Positions 1 through 13,004 of a DNA stretch of 64,000 nt are shown in pieces. The translations under genes and the position numbers were made by a program. The DNA is from Dipteris shenzhenensis. Its lineage: Eukaryota. The notes under the pieces are model-generated. The model saw only the letters and a program-made list of their open reading frames with translations, searched no databases and was not told the origin of the DNA. The stretch's first letter is position 1. Every line of letters begins with the position of its first letter. The stretch is taken from NCBI GenBank assembly GCA_047967505.1, contig CM106538.1; one strand, written 5' to 3'.

Positions 1-1402
1 CATGGAGCATATCATGTCCTTGGACACATTCCACCAACAGTGATTAGTAGATCAGTCATTAGCACTTTTCTAATGATGCATCCATTCTTTACAATTCATG
101 TAGTACTTGCTTTGCATCTAATGATGCATCCATTCTTTATGATGCATGTAGTACTTGCTTTGATCAACTTGCAATTTTCTTGGTCTCTACAAACAACAAT
201 TTGCCTTACATACCTAAAATAAATGCAATGCAATAGCATCCCCAGATGAATGAGCTAATCAACTATTAACCATGGAACACTGCAAATCAACTCACAATGA
301 TGGAATAGTGCAAATCAATTTCAACCATGGAACGATGCAAATCAACTTGCAATGAATGTCAAAAGCAATAGATGCAAGATCTCCATATATAAACACATTA
401 GTAGTAGAGAGATGAGTGGATACTAGGAATATAATATCAAGCTAGTGGACTTAGGATAGTGAGCAAGAAGAGACTCAGATGAAAAAGGGGAGTGGGCAAA
501 TTGAGTAAAGTCTAGGAAAAACTGAAAAGGGGACCTCCAGTAACCTTGCTAAGGCAAAGACGTCCAAAGTTCACTAGTACAAGTAGAATGGGTATGTTTG
601 AGAACCTACCACTCAGTGCATAAAGAGATGTAGAAGAAATGAGGGACCAAAGATAAGGTTGAAATTTGAAAAGTCCATGGGATGAGAGGGATGTACAAAT
701 CCCTAATTCCATGTGCAAATTTTTTGTAATATTGCAAGTCAATGGAGGAAGAGTACTTCCCCACCATGTTTATAAACAAGTTTCACTGAGTGGTTTGCTT
801 AGTATCCAAATGATCACTCCTTGATGATTTCACCACATGAGATGAGTTGAAGGAAGCTTTCTTGAGGGGGTTTCAACATGAGTTTAACAAAGAGGACTCG
901 TGAGACGAAGCTCAATAGAATCAAACAGAAGTTGGGTAAGCTAGTGTATTACTTTGTAGCATGAATGAAGGTGCTGATCAACCAACCAGACAATGAGCAA
1001 GACAAAAAAAGCATTGTGATTCTAGTTGTTGTTGAGTGGTCTTGGCAATCTTAAAGAGTTTCACAACATGGAGATCACCTATTGGATAATGATGTACCAT
1101 GAATCTCTTCACAATGCAATCACAATAAACAAGGGGAAATCAATGAACCCAAAATCAATAAAAAGGCTCTCTTCCATGAGGTGGACAATGAAGAGGAAGA
1201 AGATGACAATCATTGTTCAACAATTTCAAGAGGACTGTAGAGGTCTATCAACTGGAAAGGGAGGCAAACATGTCTTATCAAGGAGAAACAATGCTATAAA
1301 GCATGTGATCTAGATGATCATGTGACAATTTACTGTAATAGTGTCCTGCAAGAAATGGAAGAAAAAGGGCTCATCAGATGAATCTAAAGAAGCACTCAAT
1401 AC

Positions 1403-1605
1403 AAATTTGAAGAAGCTAAATGAGATAAAAATTTGCTAGAAGGAAGAGAAGAAGATGGTGAAGGATATCAACCATGCCCTTAATAAAAAAGAACCCCTGC
1501 GGTCATCAAATAAATTTGAAGAAGCCGAATGAGCCAATAGTTTGCTAGAAGGAAGAGAAGAAGATGGTGAAGGAGATCAACCATGCCCTTAATAAAAAAG
1601 AACCC
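1403..1605. repeat. Tandem duplication, ~109-bp period, 2 copies
   Basis: aaatttgaagaagc...cttaataaaaaagaaccc occurs at ~1403 and ~1512. Confidence 0.85.
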
Positions 1606-1611
1606 ATTGTA

Positions 1612-1840
1612 AAGATATGGGAAACACTAAGTCCCAAAATGGGGAGCCAGAGTGCAGCTAGAGGAATGAAGGCAAGAACAAATTATAAAGCAAAGATAGG
1701 GCAAGAACAAATTATAAAGCAAAGATATGGGAAACACTAAGTCCCAAAATGAGGAGCCAAAGTATAGCTAGAGGAATGAAGGCAAGAACAAATTATAAAG
1801 CAAGAACAGGGCAAGAACAAATTATAAAGCAAAGACAAGG
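1612..1840. repeat. Tandem duplication, ~110-bp period, with internal ggcaagaacaaattataaagcaa subrepeats
   Basis: aagatatgggaaacactaagtcccaaaatg at ~1612 and ~1722; 4 copies of the subrepeat. Confidence 0.85.
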
Positions 1841-3310
1841 CAAAATGCATTCTAGTAGTTTAGAATCAAGTCAATAGAACCTGAGAGAAAATTCAAGTAC
1901 TTAATGTGATGATTTCAATTGGACAATTATGGATCTTGATTCCCTTTACATGAAGCTTTGCCAAAACCTCACAATCAATGAGCAATCTATAGCAAATCCA
2001 TTGACCAAGGGTGGGGGTGACCAAAATGGTGATTTGGGACGAAGTACTTGTGATTGCCATCAAAATTCAAAATCACACATGGGAAAGGGACTACTCATTG
2101 ATGGGAGCCCTGAAGTAAACATCATCTTTAAGGAAGTCCAAAAGACACCTCAAATTGGAAAATGTAAAGCCATCGACTTTTGGAATTTGCATGATGGATC
2201 AGAGATTGGTGATGCTAAGGTTGGTTCTTAAGGACATATGCATAAAATATGTGGACCATGCTTCCTAATCACGTTCATCATGGTCAAGAGGGAGAATGAG
2301 CAAGGATACCCAATGTTGTTAGCTGAAAGATCATGTGTGAAAGGAGGCGAGGAGGAGACAAGATGTTCCATGATTGGTGAATTGACACATGGCTCACCAT
2401 TGCATACGATGGGCAAGATGTATGAATAGTGATGACAAAGAGAATCATCCAAAAGAATGCAAGCTTGAGTGTCTAGAATGAGAAGAGGCATATGCCCCCC
2501 ATATGCCTTAGACATTGAAGATAAGCTACTCAGACTCAACACTATGCCAATAGTTACTATTGACGCAATGAGGGTGGGGTAGCAAAAATGATATTGGTGG
2601 TAAACAAAGATCCGAATATGGCCTTCCCAATGGCTTCATCAAAGATGAATATGGAAAAAGGGGAATGTAAGAAAATTCAGCCTATTGAATCATCTAAACT
2701 AGTAGTATCAACAAAGAACTTCCTAGCAAAGTCCTCGAGTGATCCCAATAACTTTTTCTAAAGTGTAAGGAGTATTCCCTAGGAAATACATGGACCTAAA
2801 GGAGGTGCCAAAAATTTGATCCAACACCAAATTCCTCATTCCAAATGCAAAGAAAATTTGGCAAAAAGGTAGCAATTGAACCCCAATTATGCTAAGTTGG
2901 TAAAAGCTAAAATAGATTAGCTATTATTCTAAGGGGAAGATTTATCTACTAGGTAAGTAGAAGAGATTGGTTATTTCCAATCATAATTATGCCAAATAAA
3001 CCTAAGCAAGTTGAGAGTCTATGTAGACTACAAAAAGGTCAACAAATAGAGAATCAAAGACAATTCTCATTGCGGTTGATGAACAACCACTACAAGACAC
3101 GAGTCTCTTAAATCCGATGCTATCTATTGATGCTTTACAGGCACGGGCACAAAAATCATCGGTATGATTGGCGGGCAGGGAAGGTGTTGGTGTAGATGAT
3201 GAAATGCTAGTTGGTGTATACTGACGTACATATCAATGATTGACAATGCTTCTACTGTTGCTTCCACCGACTCTGGGTTAAATTTTCCATACCGACGTTT
3301 TTATAGAACG

Positions 3311-3509
3311 TCAGTTCCAAGGGACCCAAAATAAATTTTGACCATAAGTTTGGGCATTTGAAAGATAAAAAATATGAGTATGTACACCAAATTTGAGATC
3401 AAAACACTCATCAGTTCCAAGGGACCTAAAATAAAATTTGACCACAAGTTTGGGCATTTGAAGATAAAAAATATGAGTATGTACACCAAAATTGAGATCA
3501 AAACACTCA
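3311..3509. repeat. 100-bp tandem duplication inside the CACTA arm
   Basis: tcagttccaagggacc...gagatcaaaacactca at 3311 and 3411. Confidence 0.9.
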
Positions 3510-3651
3510 TATATTGATGGTGAACTTAACATACAAATGTACAAAATGTCAAGTGCTATAAAACTGAGAGGGCCAAACATAGGAAGACTCATCGATGTCA
3601 AAACAATCAATTAGTAGCATTTACATCGACAGCTTCATCTTGAGCCAAGTC

Positions 3652-4345
3652 TTATGCGTGAAATAACTTTATCTCAAGGTTTACATACAATTGATCACCT
3701 ATATCATCATCCCCTATTATATGTCTACCTAAGACTTGATCCTCTAGTTCATCCTCTAGTTCTCCCTCTTCTTCCCCAAAGTCGTGGTCTCCACCTTGCT
3801 CCATTATAGTGTCATTATTGTCACCTTCTTCTTGGCCCATATCGTCATCTTCATCCTCTTCTCTACATCCTTCTGCATCATTATTTGGATCTTCTGGCAT
3901 CTCCATATCCACATTTCTATCTTCAAAACTATATTTGCTTTGAGGAGAAACTTGGACCATGTACCACCATCTTGGATCCAAATGATCTGGATGAAAGACC
4001 ACCTATGTTGAAGATACAAATTATATGCTATTAATTATATTAATTTATGCTTAAGTATATAAATATCTATACATGAACATCTATCAATATTTGTTTGAAA
4101 ACGAAGCTCAAATGAAGATATTATCTTTTAATTAATTCATTAGTATGCACCTATTCACAATGCTTTGGAAGAACAAACGTATCACGTTCCTCGGTCTAGG
4201 GTCTAGTGGAGTCAATGACAAAGAAACCAATGCTGTCTCTCCTAACTATAACATTGGGACCATTGTAGATAGTTCTAAACCATTTGACATTAAGAATCAA
4301 AATACTAAATCAAGTTCATAAACTAACCTCCTCAATCGCCTGAGG
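3652..4345 (-). pseudogene. CACTA transposase C-terminal (DUF4216-like) exons with acidic tail
   Basis: IEEVS..ILILNVKWF...GFFVIDST...TFVLPKHCE, then VFHPDHLDPRWWYMVQVSP and a D/E-rich tail. Confidence 0.7.
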
Positions 4346-4515
4346 TTGCAACATCTTGGAGTGATCACTGCAATGGTGGCATTACTCGCAAATACCATCG
4401 TCAAAATTTCCTTATTTCATGCAATTGTTTACTCGAGCTCCTTGCCAATCTGATGTTGATCATTACCTTGGCCTCTTGCATCCATCCTCCAACTACTTCT
4501 CCTCCTCCCTAGAGA

Positions 4516-5105
4516 TTGCCTCTGTCCTCCCTTTCCCTATCCCATAGCTATGTCTGGTCCAGTGTTCCATGTAACTCCCACTCCCATGCCATCTCCCTCC
4601 TCCTCCCCTCCCTCGGCTTGCTTGGCTCCATCCTTCCCCTCCTCTTCATTGGCTTGCCTTTCCTCACCACCCTCGACCTCTCCAACAATTCCCTCTCCGG
4701 TATCATCCCTTACAACCTCGCAAAGCTATCCAACCTTGCTCTCCCCGACATCTTCCATAACTCCCAGCTCACTAGCCCCCTTCCCTCCCCATTATTGTTG
4801 AATCTTTGCCATCTAGATCTGATCCATTACTCCCAACATGGCCCCCTACCCCCCACCGTCAACTCTATGTCTGCCTTGTAGCACCTCTTCTTCAATCACA
4901 ATCATTTTTCCTTGTCTCTCCCATTTAAAATCGCTTATATCCCAACCTCGATACTTCGCACAACCAATTAACAGGTAGCTTGCCATCGGCACTTGGAAAC
5001 TTTGCCAAACTCACAACCTCTCCAATAATTTCATTAGCAACAATATCCAAACATCCATACTGAACTATACCAATCTTAGAACTCTCAACCTAGATTACAA
5101 CCAAC
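4516..5105 (+). pseudogene. Leucine-rich-repeat receptor (LRR-RLK/RLP) ectodomain fragment
   Basis: WSSVPC N-cap-like motif, LTTLDLSNNSLSGIIP plant LRR consensus, further degenerate LRRs (LRTLNLDYNQL near 5075-5105); stops and frameshifts. Confidence 0.8.
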
Positions 5106-7719
5106 TTGGAGGTGCGCTATCTTCATATCAGAGATTGGCAAGCTGAGCAATCTCTCGGTTTTGTGGCTACGAGGGAACCATTTTACACATGCGATGCTAG
5201 CTCAAATAAAATATTGCACCCACTTGACCCACGTATTGAGCTCAATCAAGTTGGAAACATTTTATACAATCAGAAGAAAACCTACAAGACATTGCTAATA
5301 TAATACAAGTGCAACATCGAGAATTTCAATCAAGCTCCATTGTATAAAACACATATAAAAGGAACAATTTATTTATACTCGGCCAATTTGGAGAGTCCCA
5401 CATTGGTGAGATATTCCCACTTTTCCTAATACGATCTTTTTTTCCCTCCTTGAATTTTCACTAAAAATTATTGTGAGATAGAAGTATTATAAAGGCAAGA
5501 CATTAACATTATTGGACGACACCCATGCTTTCATGGGACAACTATATATTGGTGAAGATTCATGTTAGTGCTATGAGAAACACAAGAGGCATGCTACTCC
5601 ATGTTCAGTTAACAACAATGAACTTATATAGGCATGTAATTGTATGGGCCAAGGTATCAGCAAGCTACTTTCTTACTTCTTTGAAAGCCATTCCTCAACA
5701 ATGGTCAAGATGACATCTTACCAAAAATGAAAGAACTAAACTTTATAATAATGGGTCTACATGGAACTATACATGGAATCAAACTTTGAAGTGCGAATAC
5801 AATACTAGCAAGCTACTTTACACAGCAAGACAAAGCAACTATAGATGCACGTGATAGACATGCAAAATAGCAGACGTGTCTATAGGCGCAGATAGAACTA
5901 ATGAAAATATGGGCATGTCTATTAGCACGGTTATTAACGCATCTATTAGTGTGGTTATTAATGCATCTCATAGTGCATCTACATTGCATATTAGATGCAT
6001 ATTTAGACGTGTTTATAAACGCACAGCAAAGTTTGAAATTTTGCAGCAAAAGCTGATAAATGTGCATCACTGCTTTCCAAGCATTGCCCATGATTACCAA
6101 AGCACATAATTTTAAAAAAATATCAATGCTATGCACGTGTCACACTCGATAATATGCTTTTTGCCAAACACATATATATAAAAATTAAGTGAGGTGAGGA
6201 GAATGAGACAATATATAAAATAGTTTTGCCAATACATAAGAAATTTGGATGAAAATGATGGGCTACGATTCGATCTCATCCTCAATGAGATCAACACTTG
6301 CTAAACTATTTACATTTAACAAATGTGGAGATCTATGAATACATTTAGCCGACTACTACTTGTGCTACTGTGCTCATCTCATGGGTAATGGCCTGAATAT
6401 CTGTATCTTCTATCTCATGATCATCCTCCTCTCTCCTATAACGATCATCATCACCTCCATGGCAATGATCATCCTCCGCTCCATATTAGTAAATGTACTA
6501 TACATCACTTTGGAACGTGGCGAAATAGGTATGACATGCCACCACCTATTATTATCCACCATTGGTTGATAGACAACCTAGTTCAAACACAAATACAATT
6601 CAAAGCCACTTGCATGGCATTTGATTGTTGCATTAGAGCCTCTTTCCACCATGTCCTTAAACCACTTGACTTCCAAAACATACACAAAGAAGCGCCAAAA
6701 GTCAAGCTTAGTAATATCTCGGATTATGCCACAATAATCATCCATGGCTCCATTGGCTCCCTCAAAGCTAGCAATGATGCCGTAATCTTGTGTGTTTCTC
6801 TTATCATCAATCCGTTGTGTTTGAAAATGCTTGCCCTCACACCATATAGCATTGAACATAGTACACTACACCAAGACAAAATCAATTGAATAAGCAATTT
6901 AAATTGTTGAAAGCTCCTAACTTATGCATAACATTCTATAGACCGACCTTTTGCATGCATCCTCTAGCATAATCCCATTCTTCCATTGTGATATGCATCC
7001 CCTCATCTTTCTCTGCTCTCTCAATTTTGTTAAGTAGCCAATCAACATGAATATCCTTTGGAAGTTCTCTTAGATGCTCAAGGTATGACACATGAGATCC
7101 ATGATGGTGTGTATGAAAGAGGGCCCTTTCTCCTTATCTTCTTGCCTTTGCATCCTCATATCTTATCACCCATCTTTTCATCACATCACTATTAAGCATG
7201 CAATAGAGGTTTAGATTATTAAGCAAATCCCTGTCCATTACTTTGCTCCATCCTTTCCCTTGAGGCACAATAGAGGTCATCCTTAGGCCTTCTTCATCTC
7301 TCCATAGTCGTGGGAGAGGGCTATCCACATCAACAAGAAACTCAAAACATATATAAGTGACTCTTGTACCAAACAACCCTCTACCATGCTACCTTCAAGC
7401 CTTGAATTTTGCACTACAAAACACTTCAAGGTCTTCATGAAGCACTCGAGGAAGAACAACCATCGTGCATGTACAGTGCTGCATATAGCCATCTCATCCA
7501 CCGAATGCACTATGAGATGTAGTTGGCTTGTGAGAATAGAACGTGGAAAGTTCTCCTCCACTAAACAAACCATCTCCACTTACATAACTCAAGCATCCTC
7601 AAGCGTGGTGGGATCTATTTCCTTTGAGCTCACATACCTAGAAAGAAAAAAGTGCACCATATTAGCAATATGAAAACCTTGCATCACGCATTGATACGCT
7701 TCACATTTTGTAAAGTGTG

Positions 7720-8045
7720 TGACAAAACATGTGTGCCTCAGGATCTATGGAGCGCTCTAAGGTGGATGAAACCTGTGTGGAAACATGATGAAGAGAGTGC
7801 TCATGACATGTATCTCAAGTCAATTAGGTTCCAAGATAGATTAGCTTGGACTCATAAAAAGAATCTTGAGATAGTGCAAAGTGCTTTATTTTATATTCCT
7901 TCAAATGAACCTCCCTTTTATAGGTGAGGGTACTTACATCCATTTGCTTGCTCACATGTGGGATATCTCCTCCATGCCATGTGGCAGCTTTCCCTTTGCT
8001 CATACCTTTGCTCTACAAGTGCTCAGGGCACCACAACTCTCAACA
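7720..8045 (-). repeat. 3' LTR of the non-autonomous element
   Basis: TG...CA; near-identical to 10019-10344 (5 mismatches by eye). Confidence 0.95.
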
Positions 8046-10006
8046 CCTCCCCTTGGTGCCATAATTCTTTGGCTACTGCAAGGTGGTCAGATGTGAGTTA
8101 CAAATCCATCACCTCCCCTTAGTGCATACATTGCTACTTAAGGTGGTCAAGTGTGGTTTTTTACATGTCAATACCTCCCCTGGGTGCTTTCATAGCTACT
8201 CTCAGGTGGTCAGGTTTGATTACAAAACATAGGCAAGGTTGGCAAGGTTTTTGCTTTTCTCAATACATATTTCTGTCATTGTGCTCATGGCTTGATGATG
8301 ATCCTGTTGTCTTCTTCGCTTGATGCATGATGCTTTGTTCTTCCATGTGCCTTAATGCTTTATGTGTGGATGCCATGCTTTCTGCTATGGTCATCTCATG
8401 CACTTGTGCTTTCGGCTTGCTTTGTGCATTCATGCTTTGCTTTTCCATTTGTTGCAAAGGTCTTACCAATTGATTACTTTCAATATTGGCAGTGTCTAAT
8501 TGCATGTCTAATTGCATACAATGATTCTGATCTGACAGGCGCGTAGAGCTTGAAAAGACGATCACTTTTCCTTTTTGGAGCATGTCCAAATTCTTCCTGG
8601 ATTGGAAGTTATGGCTTGTTGAAGGTTTTTGTGAAGAAGAGGGGGCCTTGATGATGTGGCATAGACATTCATATGCTGCTTGCAGAACTATGCTTGGCAC
8701 GGGGCCCTATGCCACGTGGTAGGAACTTAACCTAACTCCAATAACCTAACCATAGTAACTTTACTCTAGCCAGTAACTTAACCCAAGGTTACATTAACCT
8801 TACCATGGTCCAACTGAACCTAACCATAAACTTTAACCAAAGTCTTTGAACTCAAGGTTAGCTAAACTCAACCATGGTCCCAACAGCTAAACTACACCTA
8901 ACTATAAACTTAACCAAGGTTGCACTTAACCACAGTTAAAGCTCTTAACTGCCACGTGTCCTTATCCTCTGCACACCCTGGGTCAGATGAACTTAACCAA
9001 GGTTCATTCTTATCCTCCATGTGTCTTTTCTGAGACCTTGGAGAAGGTGAGAAGCGGAGGCGTCGCAGCTGCAGCGAAGATGGCATCGAAGCGACGGATT
9101 CGTCCAGGAAGGCTGGTTGTAGAGAACCTGCGCTGGAGGTGACTTGCATGGAAGCTTTGGGCGCTGCTAAGCTGAGTGAGTAGCTCACATGCGGGGTCGT
9201 AGGCTGGCTGCTAGCTCTCGCGGTTGCTCTTGGAGCTATGTGCATGCGCTAGAGAGCCGTTGGCACATCTTGGAGCTGTGTGGGTTGTGTTGAGCATTGC
9301 AGGAGCCGCTTGGAGCATATGGAGGAGTCGCTTCTATCTTGCGTAGATATGGAGCGGTTGGTAGCCTGTAGTACGAAGGCGTTGGATCAAAGACGTCTTC
9401 TCTTTTGCTACAACGGGGCTCGGCCGTGAGTATTGTTGCTGGAACCCGTGTTTGCTCAAGAGCACTGCTTGTTGAAGAGTGTGTGGGAGCTCGTTGCAGA
9501 GCCGGTTCTTCCCTTCGGATGTGGCTTTGGAGACGCTGGCTAGCTCGTGTCGTCTTGTTGGTGGACGTTTCTGCAATCACGTGGGCTAGGAGGTCATTTG
9601 AAGGCTTGGTGAAGCCGATTGGAGTTTGTTCCCTTGGATAGGCTGCACTTCAGAGGTCGTTGCTGCTTGTTGGTGAGGCTTTGTCTATGCAGGGCTAGCT
9701 TGAGTTGTAGAGTCCATATCTTTCTCTCAGACTGAATACCTCTCTCTTAGAAGAGGATATGAGAGCAAAATCTCTCTCTCAATGAAAAGCACACAAAGAA
9801 CTTTCTCTTTCTCTCTCACAGAAGATTATGAAGGAATTGCTCTCTTTCAGAATGGGAAGACGGAAGTTTCATAAGAACTCTCCTTCTAAAACTAAAACTA
9901 ACCTAGGAGAAAAACATGAGCTCCTAAGACATGCCTACAACTAATCTAGGAATGGAAGCAATCCTAGTGAACTACTAATGAGCTAAACTAGGAGAGCTAA
10001 ACCTAT

Positions 10007-10018
10007 GCTCTGATACCA
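10007..10018 (-). promoter_or_regulatory. Primer-binding site, tRNA-iMet (TGGTATCAGAGC)
   Basis: gctctgatacca abuts the LTR. Confidence 0.9.
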
Positions 10019-10344
10019 TGACAAAACATGTGTGCCTCAGGATCTATGGAGCGCTCTAAGGTGGATGAAACTTGTGTGGAAACATGATGAAGAGAGTGCT
10101 CATGACATGTATCTCAAGTCAATTAGGTTCCAAGATAGATTAGCTTGGACTCATAAAAAGAATCTTGAGATAGTGCAAAGTGCTTTATTTTATATTCCTT
10201 CAAATGAACCTCCCTTTTATAGGTGAGGGTACTTACATCCATTTGCTTGCTCACATGTGGGATATCTCCTCCAAGCCATGTGGTAGCTTTCCCTTTGCTC
10301 ATACCTTTGCTCTACAAGTGCTCATGGCACCACAACTCTCAATA
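10019..10344 (-). repeat. 5' LTR of the non-autonomous element
   Basis: Adjacent to the PBS; terminal CA mutated to TA on the + strand. Confidence 0.95.
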
Positions 10345-13004
10345 GTGTGAAGTACCTCACAAGCTCGCCCATCGTGTAAATACAATCCTTCACGTCCTTT
10401 GATGCACTATGAGAAATGCTAGTAGGTCATATGAACTAAACACATGAGCAATGGTTGATTAGTTGCTTCTACACTCACAAAATTGGAAGGAAAAGAAGAT
10501 TATGCCAAGTCATACTTTCTTGGAGCATCTTATGCCAATCATGAGATTTCAAGCCATATAATTGCTCTACACCTCTTTCCTTGCTCTTTGTGAAGGTCCC
10601 CTTCAAACAGCTCATGCATCCAGTGAGAGTACAAATTGTAGTGATAGATTGCTTTACCGCCACCATCTCTAGCTTTGATAACTTCCATGGTGCATGGGGT
10701 TAAAAGACATGCCCATTCAGCCTCTCTTGTGGCCAAGCTTCATGCATCCTCCCAGTGATGTGTAGATCCTCCCTTATGCTCAAGGAATCCCTTCAAATGT
10801 TCCCAAATGGTAGATGCCACATTCTTGATGATATGCATGGGATCAAGCAAGTGATTGATTTTGAGGTGGGACCAATATGGTAGCCGATAAAGATGGAGTA
10901 TCTAAACAAAAGATTGTGTTAGCATGCAATCTTTATTTCCATTCAATATAGCACTCAATAGTTACAAACCCTTACCAGCTCATGCCACACGGAGGAGGAG
11001 TCATGGAAAGGTCCCAAATTTGCTTCCAATCTCCTGTAGTGAGTGACTGTGGGGCACTTCATTCCAAGGGGGGCATATCTAGGATGATCAGGTGGGAGAA
11101 ATTGATGATGATCCTCATAGGTGATCTTATTCAAGTCCTCTGTGGCCGTGAAGCAACTAGCAAAGGGCCACAAACAAGACATGCATGGTAACTTGATGTA
11201 GTGAGACCTAAACAATAGACATATTTGCCTAAGCAAGGTGGGTTTAGGGTGCCACATCGATTGCCTACTCATAATTAAAAGTTCTATGCTTACCTGAACA
11301 CTCGCCATAGCCTGGGAAGTCATGCAGCATCCACATCAAAACTACCTTGCATGTGAAGATGAGGGAGGCCTGCTCCAAAGTATCTCTAGCTCATCAATCA
11401 AAGGCTCTAGATAAACATCCACACTTTTGACTTTATGTTTCCCTGGAATTAGAAGGGATAACATAACATGTCCTTTCTTAATCGCCATAGAGGGTGGAAG
11501 ATTATAATTCACCAATATCACTAGTTGTATACACTGTAAGAGGTGATTTTGAGACCAAATGGATTCACACCATCCATACCCAAAGCTTGGCCACGTGTCT
11601 TCAATATGCTTCCATGCAAGAGTGTCTGCGGGAGATCTCCACTTGCCATCATTTGATCGATGTGATTGGATGCCATGACATGATCTTTGCAATGGATTTG
11701 CACTTGAACATATGTTGGATGCAAGGGATTATAGGAAAATGTTGTAGAACCTTACCAGGCACATCCAAAGTTTTGAGATCTAATCTATATCTTGCCTCAC
11801 CACAAGTAGGACACTCTCGAGCCTCCTTATGTAGTCCATAAAACCGAACGCAATCATTGACACATGCATGGATGCGCTTGTAATCCAACCCTCCAAGAGA
11901 GGTCACATGTTGCCTCACCATATCTTTTGAGGTCGGTAATTTATTCTTCCTTGGAAGCATTTTAGACAATAGCCTGCACGTAAAGGCCATAAATGAGAAA
12001 AAATATTATAATTGATCCATTAGCATAATTCACCATGTTTGCAAATAGAAAGCTTACTTGAGAAATGCATTCAAACTTGCATTGCTCCATCCATAAATGG
12101 TCTGCAAGTTTAGTAACTCAAGGAAGGCACATAGAGCAGAGAATGTGCACCCCTCAAATATTGGTGCCGATGCTGCAGTAAAAAGATCCTCCTGCTCCAT
12201 GCTATCATCCCTACCTGAGGACTGATGGGCAAATAAATCTCACACCATATCATCGAACACCTCCTCCTCCATGGCCTCATGAGGTAATGGTGAAGGGCCA
12301 CTATCAGCATCACTCCATGCATCCATAACGGTCCCTCCTGAAGATCCCACCTCATATCATCGATGCTTTGCCTCCTCATGATGAGCACAGGGCAACATAT
12401 GCGGGTGTGGCATTGCATTCTGTATAAAATTAGAGAAGGATCATATATCAAACACTTGAACACACATAGGTATCTCAATCAAACTCAACACTTTAACACT
12501 TACCATGGATATGGTCGCATCCCATTCTCTATACTTTGAGATGTGACTCAGTGTAAAATTCTACATGCACGATGCATGTTTCCTCGACATCGATCAAACA
12601 TACATTTGATTTTTTCTCCAACCATATTTCTCAATTGTGGATATGGAGGGATTCATCCTCACTGGAGATACTTGTTGAAGATGAAAACATCCTACAAATA
12701 AATACCTCAAAAAAATTGTTAGTGCTTGCAAATTTAATCCCAAAACTGTGTAGCACATCCAAAAGAGCATCTATTGGTGTGTTTGTACTATGAAACGCAT
12801 CTATAGGCATGTCTAGTACACAGTGTAAATGTACTAACTGGTTTTTAAACCTACATTTCACTCATTTCCTCACTCCACCGCACTTGCTTTCCTTTCAACA
12901 CCCACACCCACCTCCAAGAGGAACTCATCTCCAAGCAACTTACACCTCATCTCCAAGCATACACATTCATCTCCAAGCATACAAGAGAAGAGGGTGAAGA
13001 ACTC

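Larger units (their letters stand above)
450..3087 (+). mobile_element. Degenerate Ty3/gypsy pol remnant, 5' part (aspartic protease and first half of RT)
   Basis: LLIDGSPEVNII protease-like motif (~2090-2125). RT motif YVDYKKVNK*RIKDN(F)SLRLMNN at ~3020-3087. Many stops and frameshifts; left boundary approximate. Confidence 0.75.
3088..4345 (-). mobile_element. CACTA/En-Spm element end (transposase 3' side), partner of the end at 16620
   Basis: TIR CACTACAAGACAC at 3088; subterminal CCGA/TCGG motifs at 3110-3300; flank AAC. Right boundary approximate. Confidence 0.85.
7720..10344 (-). mobile_element. Non-autonomous LTR retroelement (TRIM/LARD-like), 2625 bp
   Basis: 326-bp LTRs at 7720-8045 and 10019-10344; GTGTG TSD at 7715-7719 and 10345-10349; tRNA-iMet PBS at 10007-10018; PPT at 8046-8055; empty site at ~48888 in the duplicate; no gag/pol. 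Confidence 0.95.
6400..12520 (-). pseudogene. Multi-exon En/Spm Tnp2 (Transposase_21 + DUF4218 + DUF4216-like) pseudogene, interrupted by an LTR element
   Basis: IHACVNDC...CPTCGEARY...KVLQHFPIIP, DGVNPF, LEPLIDEL, GLKSHDWH, HLIVH...RWLFFLE.FMKTLK...EGSM, TQDYGI...VKWF; GT-AG introns; frameshifts. Ends approximate. Confidence 0.9.

Noticed and set aside
8260-9641. ORFs of 78-146 aa inside the non-autonomous LTR element
   Set aside because: No recognisable motifs; overlapping frames on both strands; no counterpart in the related family
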